Shown in pieces: positions 28,101 through 40,679 of a DNA stretch of 64,000 bases. Origin of the DNA: Gnetum montanum (lineage: Eukaryota; Plantae; Gnetophyta); assembly GCA_015680685.1 (NCBI GenBank), contig MNCI01000312.1, positions 489,164 to 553,163 of the forward strand, read 5' to 3'. The position numbers were made by a program, and so were the translations under genes. Position 1 is the first letter of the stretch, and every line of letters begins with the position of its first letter. Under the pieces are notes generated by a model that was not told the origin of the DNA, ran no database searches, and saw only the letters and a program-made list of their open reading frames with translations.

Positions 28101-28419
28101 TAAGACCAAATAAAAAACATGCATGAAGAATTTAAGGGTTTGAACATTAAAATAAGCTTTATGATATATAATAGGGTAAAAGTCATTATCGGGCCATCTT
28201 TTGTCTATTTTTTACTCTATAGTCTTCCAATGCACAATGTGTTGAAATGAAAGTTATGATAGGCTTTTGCAACAAAATCAACAATAAAACCTTTAAAACC
28301 TAAACACTCAATCCTCTACCCCTATTAACAATTTTGTGCACTTGAACTCAAAGTGCACGAAAGTGCAAGGGAGGAAAGCCTTCTCTATGATAGAAATGTT
28401 GGAAAACAAAATACCAAGT

Positions 28420-30241
28420 TCAAATTTTTGAATTCTAGATAGTCAGTCCCATCATACGCTCCCATTCATGCTATTCTAACCTAGGAAACTCCATCAACAC
28501 TAGGGTTTTGACTTCAAAAGGGGGTTAGAACCTTATAACATTTAACATTTTGGGCATCCACACTGGGACAACCCTACCCAACATGGAGCAAGAGGGTAAC
28601 ACTCATACTTATTCCCAAGTGCCCATCAAGCCTAGATCTTACCCTTGGGGTGGGCCCACATGACCTAGAACTTTTCTAGTCACCTTCGACAGCCTCAAAA
28701 CCTCATCAAACCTAGTCGAAATTGTTCCAAACTTTTAAATTTGGTTAATCCATGCTAAGAGGGGCTTCCTCTATGCTGGCCAACATGGATGTGTAGGGGA
28801 AGACCTTGAATAGCCAAAATTAACCACCTAATTACCACTTTTTGACTTACAAACCCCTTAATAGCCTCCAGTAGCCTAACTTTGCCTTAAAATAAGTTGA
28901 TTTCAAACCTATACTCATCTCCATGTTGGTTAACCCCTCCTCCACACTACCCAACATGGAGCCAATGTGAAAACCCTAGGGGTATGCAATAAAACCTATT
29001 TTATAGCCAAAATAGCCTAATAACCTACCCTAGTAACTTCTAAATCCTATCATAGCCTACAAGAGCATTCAAACATCCCAAAATAGACCAAAATGGTAAA
29101 AATTCCATCACCCCTCTCCCATCCATGGTGGGGTCATCCTATCCAACATGGTGAAAAGGTAGGGATGATCACATGAATACTTAGAAGCCTTAAAATTGAA
29201 GGATTTCAATGTCAAATCTTAACCTTCAATCCTCTAGAACACTGGTAGCCTCAAAACCTCATCGAATCTTGTCAAAAGTGGCCCAGAACATGAATCCAAG
29301 TTCATCCATGGTAAGGGAGATCCTCTTCCATGTTGTCTAGTGTGGATGGAGAGGAGGATAGCTAACACTTCCAAGATTGACCGTGAAATTAACTTTTGTT
29401 GACTCTTTAACCTTCTTAGAGGCTCTAGCAGCTAAAACTTGATAAGAAAATCATCCCATTTTTAGATCTTTCTAGCTTCCATGCTAAGCATCCCTTTCTT
29501 CCACATTAGCTAGCATGGAGCCAACATGGATGCTAATAGGAAGGTTCTTGAGAGATCATAAACACTTCAACATAACACCAAATTTCCTTGTATCAACCCT
29601 ACAACACTATCAACACTTTTGAAAGCCACCAAACTAGCTGAAAATGATCAAAAACTACAAAAACCTAACCCTTTTAGGTCCTCCACATTGGTCAACATGG
29701 AGCCAACATGAAATTAGAGGAGTAAGCCCAAAAACTATCTAAAAACCCTCAAAATTACCAAATTTTGTTCCTAGGCTTCAACCATCAACATCAGTAACCT
29801 TAGAGATGTGCACACATAATCAAAATTAACCAAAAATAGTTAAAATTTGATCCCTTCTAATCCTCCACATTGGCCAACATGGAGCTAGCATGGAACCAAG
29901 GGAATAGCTCATGAAACCACATAGAAATCCTCCAAACAGCCTAATTTTGATCCTAAACCCTAGCCCTCAACACTAGTAACCTAAGGAGGTAACATGCATG
30001 GTCAATTGCTACCAAAATTGGCCTAGATCTAAAAATTATAATCTATCCATGTTGGAAACCCCCTCTTCCATTCTAGTTAGTGTGGAGCCAATGTGGAGGA
30101 GTTGCCTTTTTCCCTCCAACAACAAATTGACATTCCAAAAGATAAAAAACCTATATCAACAAAGCCTAGCCCCAAGTTTATGCCTTTTAGACTCCATTTT
30201 AGCCCTTAAATCTCATCAACTTCCATCTTTCATGTGGGAGC

Positions 30242-30281
<40 letters not shown>

Positions 30282-31110
30282 NNNNNNNNNNNNNNNNNNN
30301 NNNNNNNNNNNNNNNNNNNNACGAAATGTAGAATAAGAGGTAGATAACCTTGCATGATCTTAAATAGCTTCTAAACTTGACCAAAATTAATCAAAAACTT
30401 TGAAATTCAAAGCTTGTAGCCCTAAGAGCTAGGAAACCTAGATGATTTTCTCTGCAAATCATCCTAAGAAAAAAAGGCAAAGGCACCCCTCTCCTCCACA
30501 TTGGCTTCATGCTAGCCAATGTGGATCTAGCGTGGAAACTACCCTAGACTTAATTTAACCCTCAAAACCCATCCAAAATGGCCTTAAAATGTAGCTAGGA
30601 GATGCACCATACCAAATATTAATCCCAAATGTCCATCCTACCCTGTTTGATCCTATTTTGGCCTATATTTAGATCCTCTACATTGAGCCCCTTCCTAGCC
30701 ACACTAGCTATCATGGAGACAAGGGGGTGTAACTTCAAGACCTGCTGTTTGGCCTTTTCAACCTTCAAAATGATCATTTTTGAAAGAATTTTCCCTACAC
30801 TACCTTGGGAAGTCCCTACAACCATAACTTTAACCCTCTAGATACTTTCCTTAGTTTTCACACTAGCTCCATGATGGCTAGCGTGGATCCAACATGGAAG
30901 ATATTTTTAGGCTTAAAAGAGGGGTTCCATGGATTGAAACTAACACAAAACATAGCCTACTCCCTTCCCTAGCTAACTGTTTTAACATTCAAGTCATCAA
31001 AAGTTGAAAACTAGTCAAAACAAGCCTAGGAAACTATATGGATACTTCATCCACATTGGGAGTCATCCCTTCCACATTGGCTAGTGTGGAACCAACATGG
31101 AAGCCTTAAA
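28420..31110. repeat. Degenerate tandem array, period ~180-190 bp, with palindromic core
   Basis: Core ccacattggc(c/t)a(a/g)catggagccaacatgga or variants at ~28578, 28779, 28951, 29143, 29328, 29501, 29683, 29864, 30068, 30496, 30680, 30860, 31070. Confidence 0.85.
30244..30320. other. Poly-C run followed by assembly gap (N 30282-30320)
   Basis: Homopolymer abutting an N run. Confidence 0.95.
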
Positions 31111-31445
31111 ATCATTTCTTTTTCATTCCAAATAACCCAAAAATGGCCTCTGTTGATGCCTAACCTTATCCAACAACCTTGTAGCCTTAAACCATGGCCC
31201 GATAAGGCCTAAAACTAGTATATTCTAATCCTTTTTTATTATGGTTTGACCTAAATTCATCATGCCTATCCTACTTTGTCATATTTAGCCTTGTTTCATC
31301 ATATTATGACATGTTTTCATCATTGTTGCATTGTTGACCTTAGTTAGCCTCAAACCACCTCTATCTCAATATGTTTGCCTTTATTCTCTATATTATAGCC
31401 ATATATAGCCTTGATTAACCTTTGATTGGTATTGAATGATGGGGT

Positions 31446-34400
31446 TTGACCTTCCTCGACCACCATTTGGCACCATGTGACCATGGCCCACTAAGGTCTA
31501 AAATTGAACCTCTAGGATGGCCTCTAGGAGGGCCTAAAAGCCTAGTTAGAACCCTTGACCTAGAGGCTGGCGACATTACTGAAGACTCTCTAGTTGAGCT
31601 TCCTTTCATGACACACAAGCATGAGGAGAAAACCCTAAAACTAAGTTCCTCATTGGAACCTCAACAAGCTCAAGACATCGCCAAGGTCCTACAAGATAAT
31701 ATTAAAGTCTTTGCTTGGTCATATGAAGATATGCTAGGTTTATACCAGTGCCTAGTACAACATAACATCACACTTGATTTGAGCATTAGACCAGTCAAGT
31801 AGAAGTGAGCAAGATTACAATTAATCTAGCCCTAGCAGTCCATGAGAAAATCACAAAACTCTATCAAGATAGTTTCATTAAGGCTATTCATTATGTAGAA
31901 TGGGCGTCCAACATAGTGTTAGTCCCCAAGAAGAATAGGAGTGTTCATATTTGTATAGATTTCTAGGACCTAAATAAGGAAACTATGAAATATGACTTCC
32001 CTTTGCCTAGTATTGATCAACTTATCAATACTATAGTTAGGCATGTCTTATTGTTCTTTATGGATGGGTTCTTAGCATATAACCATATTAAGATGAATCC
32101 AAAGCATCAACTTTACATGACCTTCATGACCCCTTGGGGTACCTTTTGCTATACCATGATGCCCTTTGGCCTTAAGAAGGCTAGATCAACCTATCAAAGA
32201 GCTATGATGTATATCTTTAGTGAATACATTTTAGGTTTGCTCAATGATTATGTAGACAATATAGTCATTAAGTCCAAAGTGGTCAACAACCATGCACATG
32301 ACCTAGACCATGCACTTAAATGATGCCTAAAGTGTGAACTTAGGCATAATCCCAAGAAGTGTGTCTTCGGTGTCAAGATCAGTAAGATTCTTAGCTTTGT
32401 AGTATCTAATGCAAGGATACGTGTCAATCCTAATAAGGTTCAAGCCATATCCAAATTAGCATTTCTTGCTAACCTTAAGGAGTTTTGGGGATTACAAAGT
32501 AGATTACAATTTATCCATAGGTTTATTAATAGGCTTATAGATAAGTTACAACCCATGCAACACTTTCTTAAGAAAGGGGTTAAGTGTGAGTTGATGGCTC
32601 AATGCCAAGAGGCCTTTGAAAATCTTAAGCAAGAGTTCACACAACTACTGACAACCTATCCTCTGCAAGAAGGAAAACTATTTTATATCTACCTTGCTAT
32701 CTCTAACATGTCTATTGCCTCTCTACTCTATCAAAAACGTGATGATGGGGAAAAGATGCTAATATACTACCTTAGCCATGCATTAGTTTCCCATGAGACC
32801 TACTACACAAAAGTGGAGAAATATTTTTTATCATTAGTCTTCTCATTGAAGAAGTAGAGATACTACCTCTTTAGATGCCAAGTCAATGTCATTTGTAAAG
32901 ATAATGTGCTCAAAGCCATAATGGCCAACATCTATAAGAGTAGTCATATAGCCTAATGAAAAGTCATAACAATAGAGTTTGACCTTCATTATATCTCTCA
33001 ATCCTCAATGAAAGGTCAAGCTATAGTTGTACAACTCACTATTTCTCCTATTGATGACCAAGCAACCATAGATCTTGATTTTTCTAATGAACATGTCAAT
33101 GCTATTAGCCAAGTGCTTGAGGATTATGAGGCAATCCTGCACTTTGACAAAGCTTCAACTACCCATGGGGCCAATGTTGCTACCATCATAACATTCCCAT
33201 CTAGTGAAATCCAGCCCTTCACATATAATTTTTAGTTTCCATGTACCAACAACATAGTGGAGTATGAGGGTTTAATCAAAGGATGATGGTAGCTCATGAC
33301 CTAGGAATCAAGTGCTTAACAATTGAAGGTTATTCATAGCTTATCATCAACCAAGTAACTGAAGTTTATGCATGTAAACCCAAACATTTACAACCTTACT
33401 ATGACTTAGGAAAGCAATTTCTACAACAATTTATAGATGTTGATATCCAACATATACCCCAAAATGAGAATGTCATAGTTGATGTCACTGCCACATTAGG
33501 CCTTAGTGTTACACCAGTTTTTTTAGTAAGTTTTCCACCTTGACTATGGACTATGCTATCCCTATCATGTAGAGTGCTAAGGATACCTTTTTGGTCATAG
33601 TTCATACTGCTCCCACCAAGGAGTGGTATGATGATATCAAATTTTACATTATGCATGGTGAACTTTCAAAAAGCGTAACTATTTCTCAAAAGGACATCAT
33701 ACATAAATGATCAAAATAATATGTTGTAGTAGGTGATAATACATTATGTCAACACTTATACAATTACTTATTATTAGTGTGCTTAGGTAAAATTGAGGCT
33801 GGAACAATCCTAGAGTAGGTTTATGAGAGTGTTTGTGGAGGAAATATAGGACCTAGAGCCATGGCCATTAAAATTAGATAATTAGATTACTATTGGTCTA
33901 TATGGAAAGAAACTATCTACAGAAGGTTAACACTTGTGACACATGCTAGTGGCATAGAAATCTCATACATGTACCACCAACATAGTTGTACACTACTCAA
34001 ATCACTTGGTCATTCCAATGATGGAGGCTAAATATCATTGGACCTATAACACCTAAGTCTTCCATAGGCCATAGCTTCATCATCACTACAACTGAATACT
34101 TTACCAAGTGGGTTGAAGTTATTCCCTTGAGAAGGGCAACATCTAAGCAAGTCTGCAAATTCATTTTGGACAACATAGTAGCCTGTTTTGGCGTACTTAT
34201 GATCATAGTCACAAACAATGGACCATAATTTAGATGCTAAGAAACAATGGATTTTTGTCATAACCTAGGCATTAATCATTATTTCTCATCATCTTATTAC
34301 CCTCAAGCTAATTGGTAAGTAGAAGTGAGAAATAAGGCCATCATCAACTTGCTCAAGAAGATGCTCAACAACAGCAAGCGTAAGTGGCATGAGCAACTTG

Positions 34401-34860
34401 TCCATGCACTTTAGGCCTATCAAACAACCTACCATATAGTAACTAGTGTAACATCTTATAGCTTGGTTTATAGTTTTAAAGCCATTCTACCTCTTGATTT
34501 GCAAGTGCCATCACTCTAAGTAGCCTTGACTAATTTTATTAATGATGAACAAAGTAAGGAGTTGCGAACCACTCACCTAGACTTGGTGGAGGAGCAATGT
34601 GTGCAAGTGCTTGCTCATGTCAAGCTGTATTAAGAGAGGTAGAAATGGTAGCACCACCATAACTTGACCAAGTGTAAGATCAAGGAAAGTAACATGGTTC
34701 TCAAAGCCATCTGTGAGCATGTAGATAAATTCTTAGCCAACTAGAAAGGGTCCTTCCTAGTCACCAAAGCCTATGGTAATGGAGCATTTAGGATTGCAAA
34801 CATGGATGGGAATGAGTTACCTAACCTAGTTAATCATTCCTATCTAAATTCATATTACAT
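31446..34860 (+). pseudogene. Decayed Ty3/gypsy Tat-type pol, domain order RT-RNase H-aRH-integrase
   Basis: VFAWSYEDM, FPLPSIDQL, FMDGF.AYNHI, MPFGLKKA, YVDN (RT); YIYLA...YYLS (RNase H); LHFDKAS...FPCTNN.VEYEGL (aRH, ~33130-33490); TEYFTKWVE, YYPQAN, GPF.V (integrase). Confidence 0.92.
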
Positions 34861-34914
34861 GTATCCTACAATTACCTTCATAGCCAACATCAATCGATCC
34901 TACATGAATCTTTC

Positions 34915-35060
34915 GATGGCTTGCCAAGGCCTTAAAATAGCACCATGGCCTGCCAAGGCCTTAAACCAAAATGACAATCTACTACGACCTTAAATTGGAA
35001 ACATGGCCTGCTAGGGCCTTAAGCTAATACCTTGATGTTCCATGTCCTTAAGCTGGTAAC
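34915..35060 (+). repeat. Short tandem repeats (~29 bp) just 3' of the Tat integrase
   Basis: atggc(c/t)tgccaaggccttaa twice, plus 2-3 variants. Confidence 0.7.
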
Positions 35061-37199
35061 CTTGGCATCCTAGGTGGATTTGGCTTTTTTCATCATCTCA
35101 TCATGCTATGTGGCCTACATGAACTATAATATTATATCATGCTCTTTTTACTTGGTTTTCTTGTCCTCTTGGAGTCATGTGTGTAGGATGAAGACTTGAG
35201 TCATTGCAAAGGTGTAACCCACCATGGCAACAAGCCACCACATGACCTTGATGTGCAATATTTAGTGAGTTTTTACTACCTTGTCAAGTGTTCTTGTACC
35301 ATTGTCCTCCATTTAGGATGACTCCTTAAACTCAACCCCATAGCTTGATTATAACCTTCCATACCTTGAGAAACAATGATTACCAATGTCTGACATGTAT
35401 GCATTTATGGTCATAAAATATTATTTCATCATGCTTCACCTCCAACTCCACTTAAACATAACACATCTCATTTAATGAAAAATCATTAAGTGCATAGAAC
35501 ATAACATATCTTGTTCAATGGGTAAACCCCCAAGTCTATTGGGTGTGACACAACTCACTCAATAGGAAAACCAAACCAAACTAGGCCTTGTCAAAGAAAC
35601 CTAATGAAGGTTTCAGCCCACAAAAAAATGGGGATCCAAATTGCCAAGTTGGATGGCTAGTAAAGAAAAATGGCTCTAAACATAAGGGAGGAGTCCAATG
35701 GCTGAGGAAACCTTGGCACAAAGTGTTGGTTTCTAAAAAACAAGTTCATAACCCTAATTGCCTAACCTACATGTTAGTGCCACACTACAACCATGGTGTC
35801 AATACTTGGAATGCATTGTTAGCCTCCATGACCATTTCCCTATGACCTCATTGCCATCTCATCATCATAGCCTTACTCCATCATCCTGATCACTCTTCGA
35901 CATGGTTCGACACAATTGGATCAAGTGCAAAAAAGGAATGTTGGTGGTGGACGTACTATGATGTTTTGTATATTTTTTGCTACCTCTCGAGTCAATCCTC
36001 CAAACACCAACAAAGAGAGGCCATTGAATCACCACCAACTTTTGCATGTAATCATTTTAATCATGTAGCCTCCACCCCATGAAAGCCAAGGCAAAACTTC
36101 ATTGTAAACATGAAGATTGTAATCCATGAGGGGCAATCTCATGTATCTCATACTTTTGGGGCTAAAAATGCCTCATAAGTGATCAAATCCTCATCCCTCA
36201 AGTGGAAAAAGTCATGTAATATCTATGTTTAGGCTTGGGGAGGTTAAAATGCCTTTTCAGATGTCAAAAAATGGCAATTTGATGGGTTTTATGGGGGGTA
36301 TAGCACTATCTACACTAGAAATGCATGTATGGGGGATATTCTTCACCTACCCCTATTGTAGAGGGGTAGATCTCACCTACCCCAACATGGAGGGGAACAA
36401 CACACTTACCCTCAACATGGAGGATGTGGCTATCATTATGTATAGAGTGGAAGGTGGTTTGACCTTCTTCCCCAGTGTTGAGCTCCATTCTCCCAACATT
36501 GATGTGCCTTTCCCTCCCCTCCCCCCTAGCATAGAAACCACATGCACTATACTTCAACACTCCATTGATTTCAATGTTGACCATGCACTCCAGCTATTAA
36601 AGAATAAAGCTAGTGTGGATGGTGTGTCCCCATTACTATTTATAGTAAATAGAATGGCCATAGGGGTGTGGCATTTTCCATACATAGTAATCTCCTAAAC
36701 TCATTCTTTATTTTTTTAATAATCTTTTAAGATTTCAAATTTTTGTGTAATTTGTATTTGCTCTTGGTTATTCATATTTGTATTTTTCTTTTCTGCATTA
36801 TTCATTTTGCTCTCTCTAAGTCCTTGGGTGATCTAATAGACCATACAAGGCACCATGAATCCCATTTTTTGGAGGCCCTAGGGATTCAAGGTTGAGGTTG
36901 CTATGTCAGGACTTTCAATTTTCCAGCAATCAAATTTTTTGATTACAACACAAGTAAACAAAATAATCACATGAAGTGGTTAAATAGCAAATAAATCCCT
37001 ACACATAATAAAGCCCAAAATTGTACCTTCCATCTCCATCACTATCTTTGGCTACACATCTAAAGGTTGGTCTATTAAGGCATACATACATCCTTAAGTC
37101 CTCTAGTCACCTCCTCCAAGCTAAGTGATTGGTGCTCCATGTTCACCCTAAATTGAAGGTCATTGTTCTCTGCCTCTACCTCCTTCACTAATACCTTCT

Positions 37200-38200
37200 T
37201 ACTTTGGGCACTTCCAAGCCTAATGCCCTAGCTACCCACATGCAAAACAACTCTGGCAATCCCTCTACATATGACTAAGTTGCCCATATCTATAATAAAT
37301 AATAGCTCCATAACTAGCTCCAACAATAGGACCATAAGTAGGTGTTGGCACTCTCCTCCATGGCCACAAGCTTGCTTAGAGGGTCAAAGCCTCTCTCTAT
37401 ATGTTAATTCTCTCTTTTGCACCTACACCTCTCTCTACGCATTATATCTTCCAACTAAATCCACTCTAAATCCATGGCTACTACTTTAGCTTCATCATAG
37501 GACGTCAATCTGAGAGGTAATAGGTGATCCTTCAAAGATGGTCTCAAACCTTGAACAAACTTGTTCATCCATGCCTAAGCATCTATCTGCATTTGTGGTA
37601 CATAACTATTTAGCTCAAAGAAATGAGCATCATACTTTTCCACAAATAAACTATCCTAATACACATGATAGAACTCATCCTCCTTGGCCTGTACATATTA
37701 GGTAGACACATAACAACCTCTAAAAGATGCCAGAAAATCATCCCATGTCACCTTTTAACCATTCCATCCCTTGGCCTACTATTCAATCATCCACCAATGA
37801 TAGGTAGTACCAACCAATTAATAAACTATCAAGTGAGTCTACTGAAATGATGAATAGCCCATCAAATCAAAAGCCTTTTGCAATTTATCCAACCATTCTA
37901 TAGCTACAATGGGATCCTCAGTGCCATCAAATTTAGGAGCTCCAAAATTCTAAAATTTTTCTAATAGTTCCCTATTGATAGGCTGCCTATTTTATTCTCC
38001 TAAGCCTCCACTACCACTACCACTTCCCACTTCCCTGATCGTGGGAATGGGAGCATCACTAGCTACAACATGCTAATGTAGGATCTATAACAATTGTTGT
38101 ATAAGCTCTGGTTGCTTATTTGTAGGACCACTACTAGATGTTTGAGGAGGTTGCTCCTATCCATCATTAGGCCCTTTTGGTCTACAAGCCCCACCAACAT
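37200..38200 (-). pseudogene. gag: Decayed chromovirus (Tekay-like) gag
   Basis: Minus strand FGAPKFDGTEDPIVAIEWLDKLQKAFDLMG (~37850-37950); zinc knuckle CFACG*LGH*AWKCP (~37205-37255); Met-type PBS tggtattggacc at ~38287-38298. Confidence 0.8.
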
Positions 38201-39654
38201 CATGACCATGTCTACTATACATATCTATAACCTAAAATCACAAATGGGTGAATACCCCAACGATCATACAACATCAAAGTAAACTAGGTCCAATACCACA
38301 ATGTAACACCCTGCCCTTGCTAGGGCAGGGTGATGCCTAGGATTAAGTAATCTCACAACAAAACCATGATAAATAAAAACCAATGATGTGTAGAATACAT
38401 GATATTAAGGAAGGTCAAACTACACTAAAATTTCCTACCACACCAAAAACTAAACATACATTTCAATTTATAAAAATGCATGTCTCTACATAAATCAAAC
38501 TATGTTGCTAAAATACAAAAACACATAAACATCATCATCATATATATAAGAGTACAAAGAGTTTCATACAATGATACATAGTCCATACTACTATACATGA
38601 AAATATACATTAACCAAGCACTGAAGATTTTTCCCTCCTCTACTCTCCCTCTCCATGCTCATCTAGACTCCTACACCTTTCATCTATAATTAAAGAAATT
38701 CACTACATAACTCAGTGGGAAGCCTTTACACTTTCCCTACTAAATGGTCAACAAGTGCTGCACTAGAGGAGAGGAGTGGGGTACAAGGCAACCTACAAAA
38801 ACTATTAGTATTACGCATGTGCAAAATAACACACACACCATATCACCCATAATGCTAACATAATCATTATCAAAGAGGATAGATGACTATCATACAATCA
38901 CAAATAAAGCCATTGTCTGACATCGTCTATCATGCCCATGTCATCATACCCACAATATACCATCAAACAATCCATGATCCACACGATAATAATCCAATCA
39001 TAACATATATTATCAATGATATGACTCACAAACCGATACTATCATATACATAGTCCATGAGGTTGTTAGCATATCTGGACTCAGTGTAGCATGTGAAATG
39101 TTGTAATGAGTACTCATAACAACCATTCCCTATAGCTCTTTTATTAGTCTTTTATTTATCCAACCAATGTAATCGTTTGTCAACCTTTGACTCATAACCA
39201 CTAGACTTTTAGATGACTGGTGATAGGGATGAACACACATATGCCACATACCAACCATAGGGATGAACACACCTATGTTCTTCCACTCTCAAGGTGAGGC
39301 CTAATATAGGAGCCTCATCAATGCATTATAGTGGGGGTCAATCCATACTACCTCCAAGGTGTCTCATCACCAACTGATCCACACCCTCATGCTAGCACCA
39401 CTCACCAACGACCATCACAAGCATCATTGTGAAGACATGTACACATTCTAGCTAGCTTAAGTCAATGCATGTCATAAGCACAACACATCTAAACATAACA
39501 TAACATAACCACATATATCCATATCTAATAGTTACAATCATTCCATGAAAACAAACCACAATTTGACAAAACAACATTAATGCCAAGATATGACAAAACA
39601 ATACCATATTTCTTAGACTGCATGCAATTTCACACAAATGATCACTATAATAAC

Positions 39655-40548
39655 TGATGAGACGCTATTCGCATAGGCTGCGATATCGCGTACGCGATAT
39701 CGTGTCTTCCCTACGATATCGCGTACGCAATATCATAGTCCATCGTCATATCTATAAATAAGACGCAGCACTCCCTTGTTTGGGGATCCAAGTTTTAGAG
39801 TAGTGAAGCTCTAGTAGTTTGATCCCTCCAGAGTTAGATTTTTTCCCGTGTTTACCCACAGTGTGGTGAATGTAATTGTACGGTGTCTTTATTCGAGTGT
39901 GCCGTACTTGGACACGCACATGACCAGCAATAAAGATCGAGATTACTTCATCATTGCAGCATTCACTTTGTTATTTATTTATTTGTTATTTATTTAAATT
40001 TATTTACTATTTTCTCTCTCTCATCCTTAAACTCCTAGAATGCAGAAAGAGTACGACTTGATTACAAGCATTTAAGTGTAACTACTTGGTAGCCCAGTGG
40101 TGTAGCTAGGATCTACGCTTGGTAACCCAGTGACGTATTTGGGATCTACGCTTGGTAATCCCAGTGGCGTACATAGAATCTACGCTTGGTAGTCCAAGTG
40201 GTAGTCATGCACGAAGTCCAAGATGTGTACGGTTGATCAAGGAATCGGTTGCTTGTCGCACTTAGGCTAGATTAGATTCTCTTACCCTTTTCCTCCTAGC
40301 TTAGCTTAGTTAAATATTATTTTCCACTGCCTTCACGAGTAGCATAGATTAGGAAACACATCATACACCTCATTTGGACTAAACCATATGTGACAAATGC
40401 AATACTAGTCCAGGTGGGAAGACAGCGAACTACGACCTAAGGATAACTATCTAGGTGCCACAACTAGTCCATCTACGGAGTTTGATTGGATCGCGCGTGC
40501 GACGCTCATTTTGTATGGTTGAGTGTAGGGGTACCTCGCCACTCATCA
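39655..40548 (+). repeat. 5' LTR (894 bp)
   Basis: tgatgag...ctcatca; direct repeat of 47263-48178. Confidence 0.95.
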
Positions 40549-40549
40549 T

Positions 40550-40567
40550 TGGCACTGTTGCCAGGGA
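40550..40567 (+). promoter_or_regulatory. Primer-binding site, tRNA-Asp type
   Basis: tggcactgttgccaggga differs by three transitions from the Athila PBS TGGCGCCGTTGCCGGGGA. Confidence 0.85.
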
Positions 40568-40679
40568 TGGTGCTAGTTATCTAGATTAGTTATATCATAC
40601 AAGGTCACTGTAAAGGACTTAACAATATATCTCGTAAAAAGAAGAAATTATAAAACGTCACATAAATTCACACACAAAA

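Noticed and set aside
29998-30384. Poly-Pro and poly-Gly ORFs
   Set aside because: Produced by a C homopolymer next to an assembly gap
36225-36698. 157-aa plus-strand ORF
   Set aside because: Overlaps repeat motifs related to the 28.4-31.1 kb array; no recognisable domain
39654-39700. CTGATGA at LTR starts (also 51373), and tgatga...gaaac at 63648-63688, suggesting a hammerhead ribozyme or retrozyme
   Set aside because: The C comes from the flanking TSD and is absent at the 3' LTR. TGATGAG is the terminal inverted repeat. Stems I-III cannot be built.
40081-40210. Short repeats with spacers resembling a CRISPR array
   Set aside because: Eukaryotic LTR context, spacers similar to each other, and no cas genes
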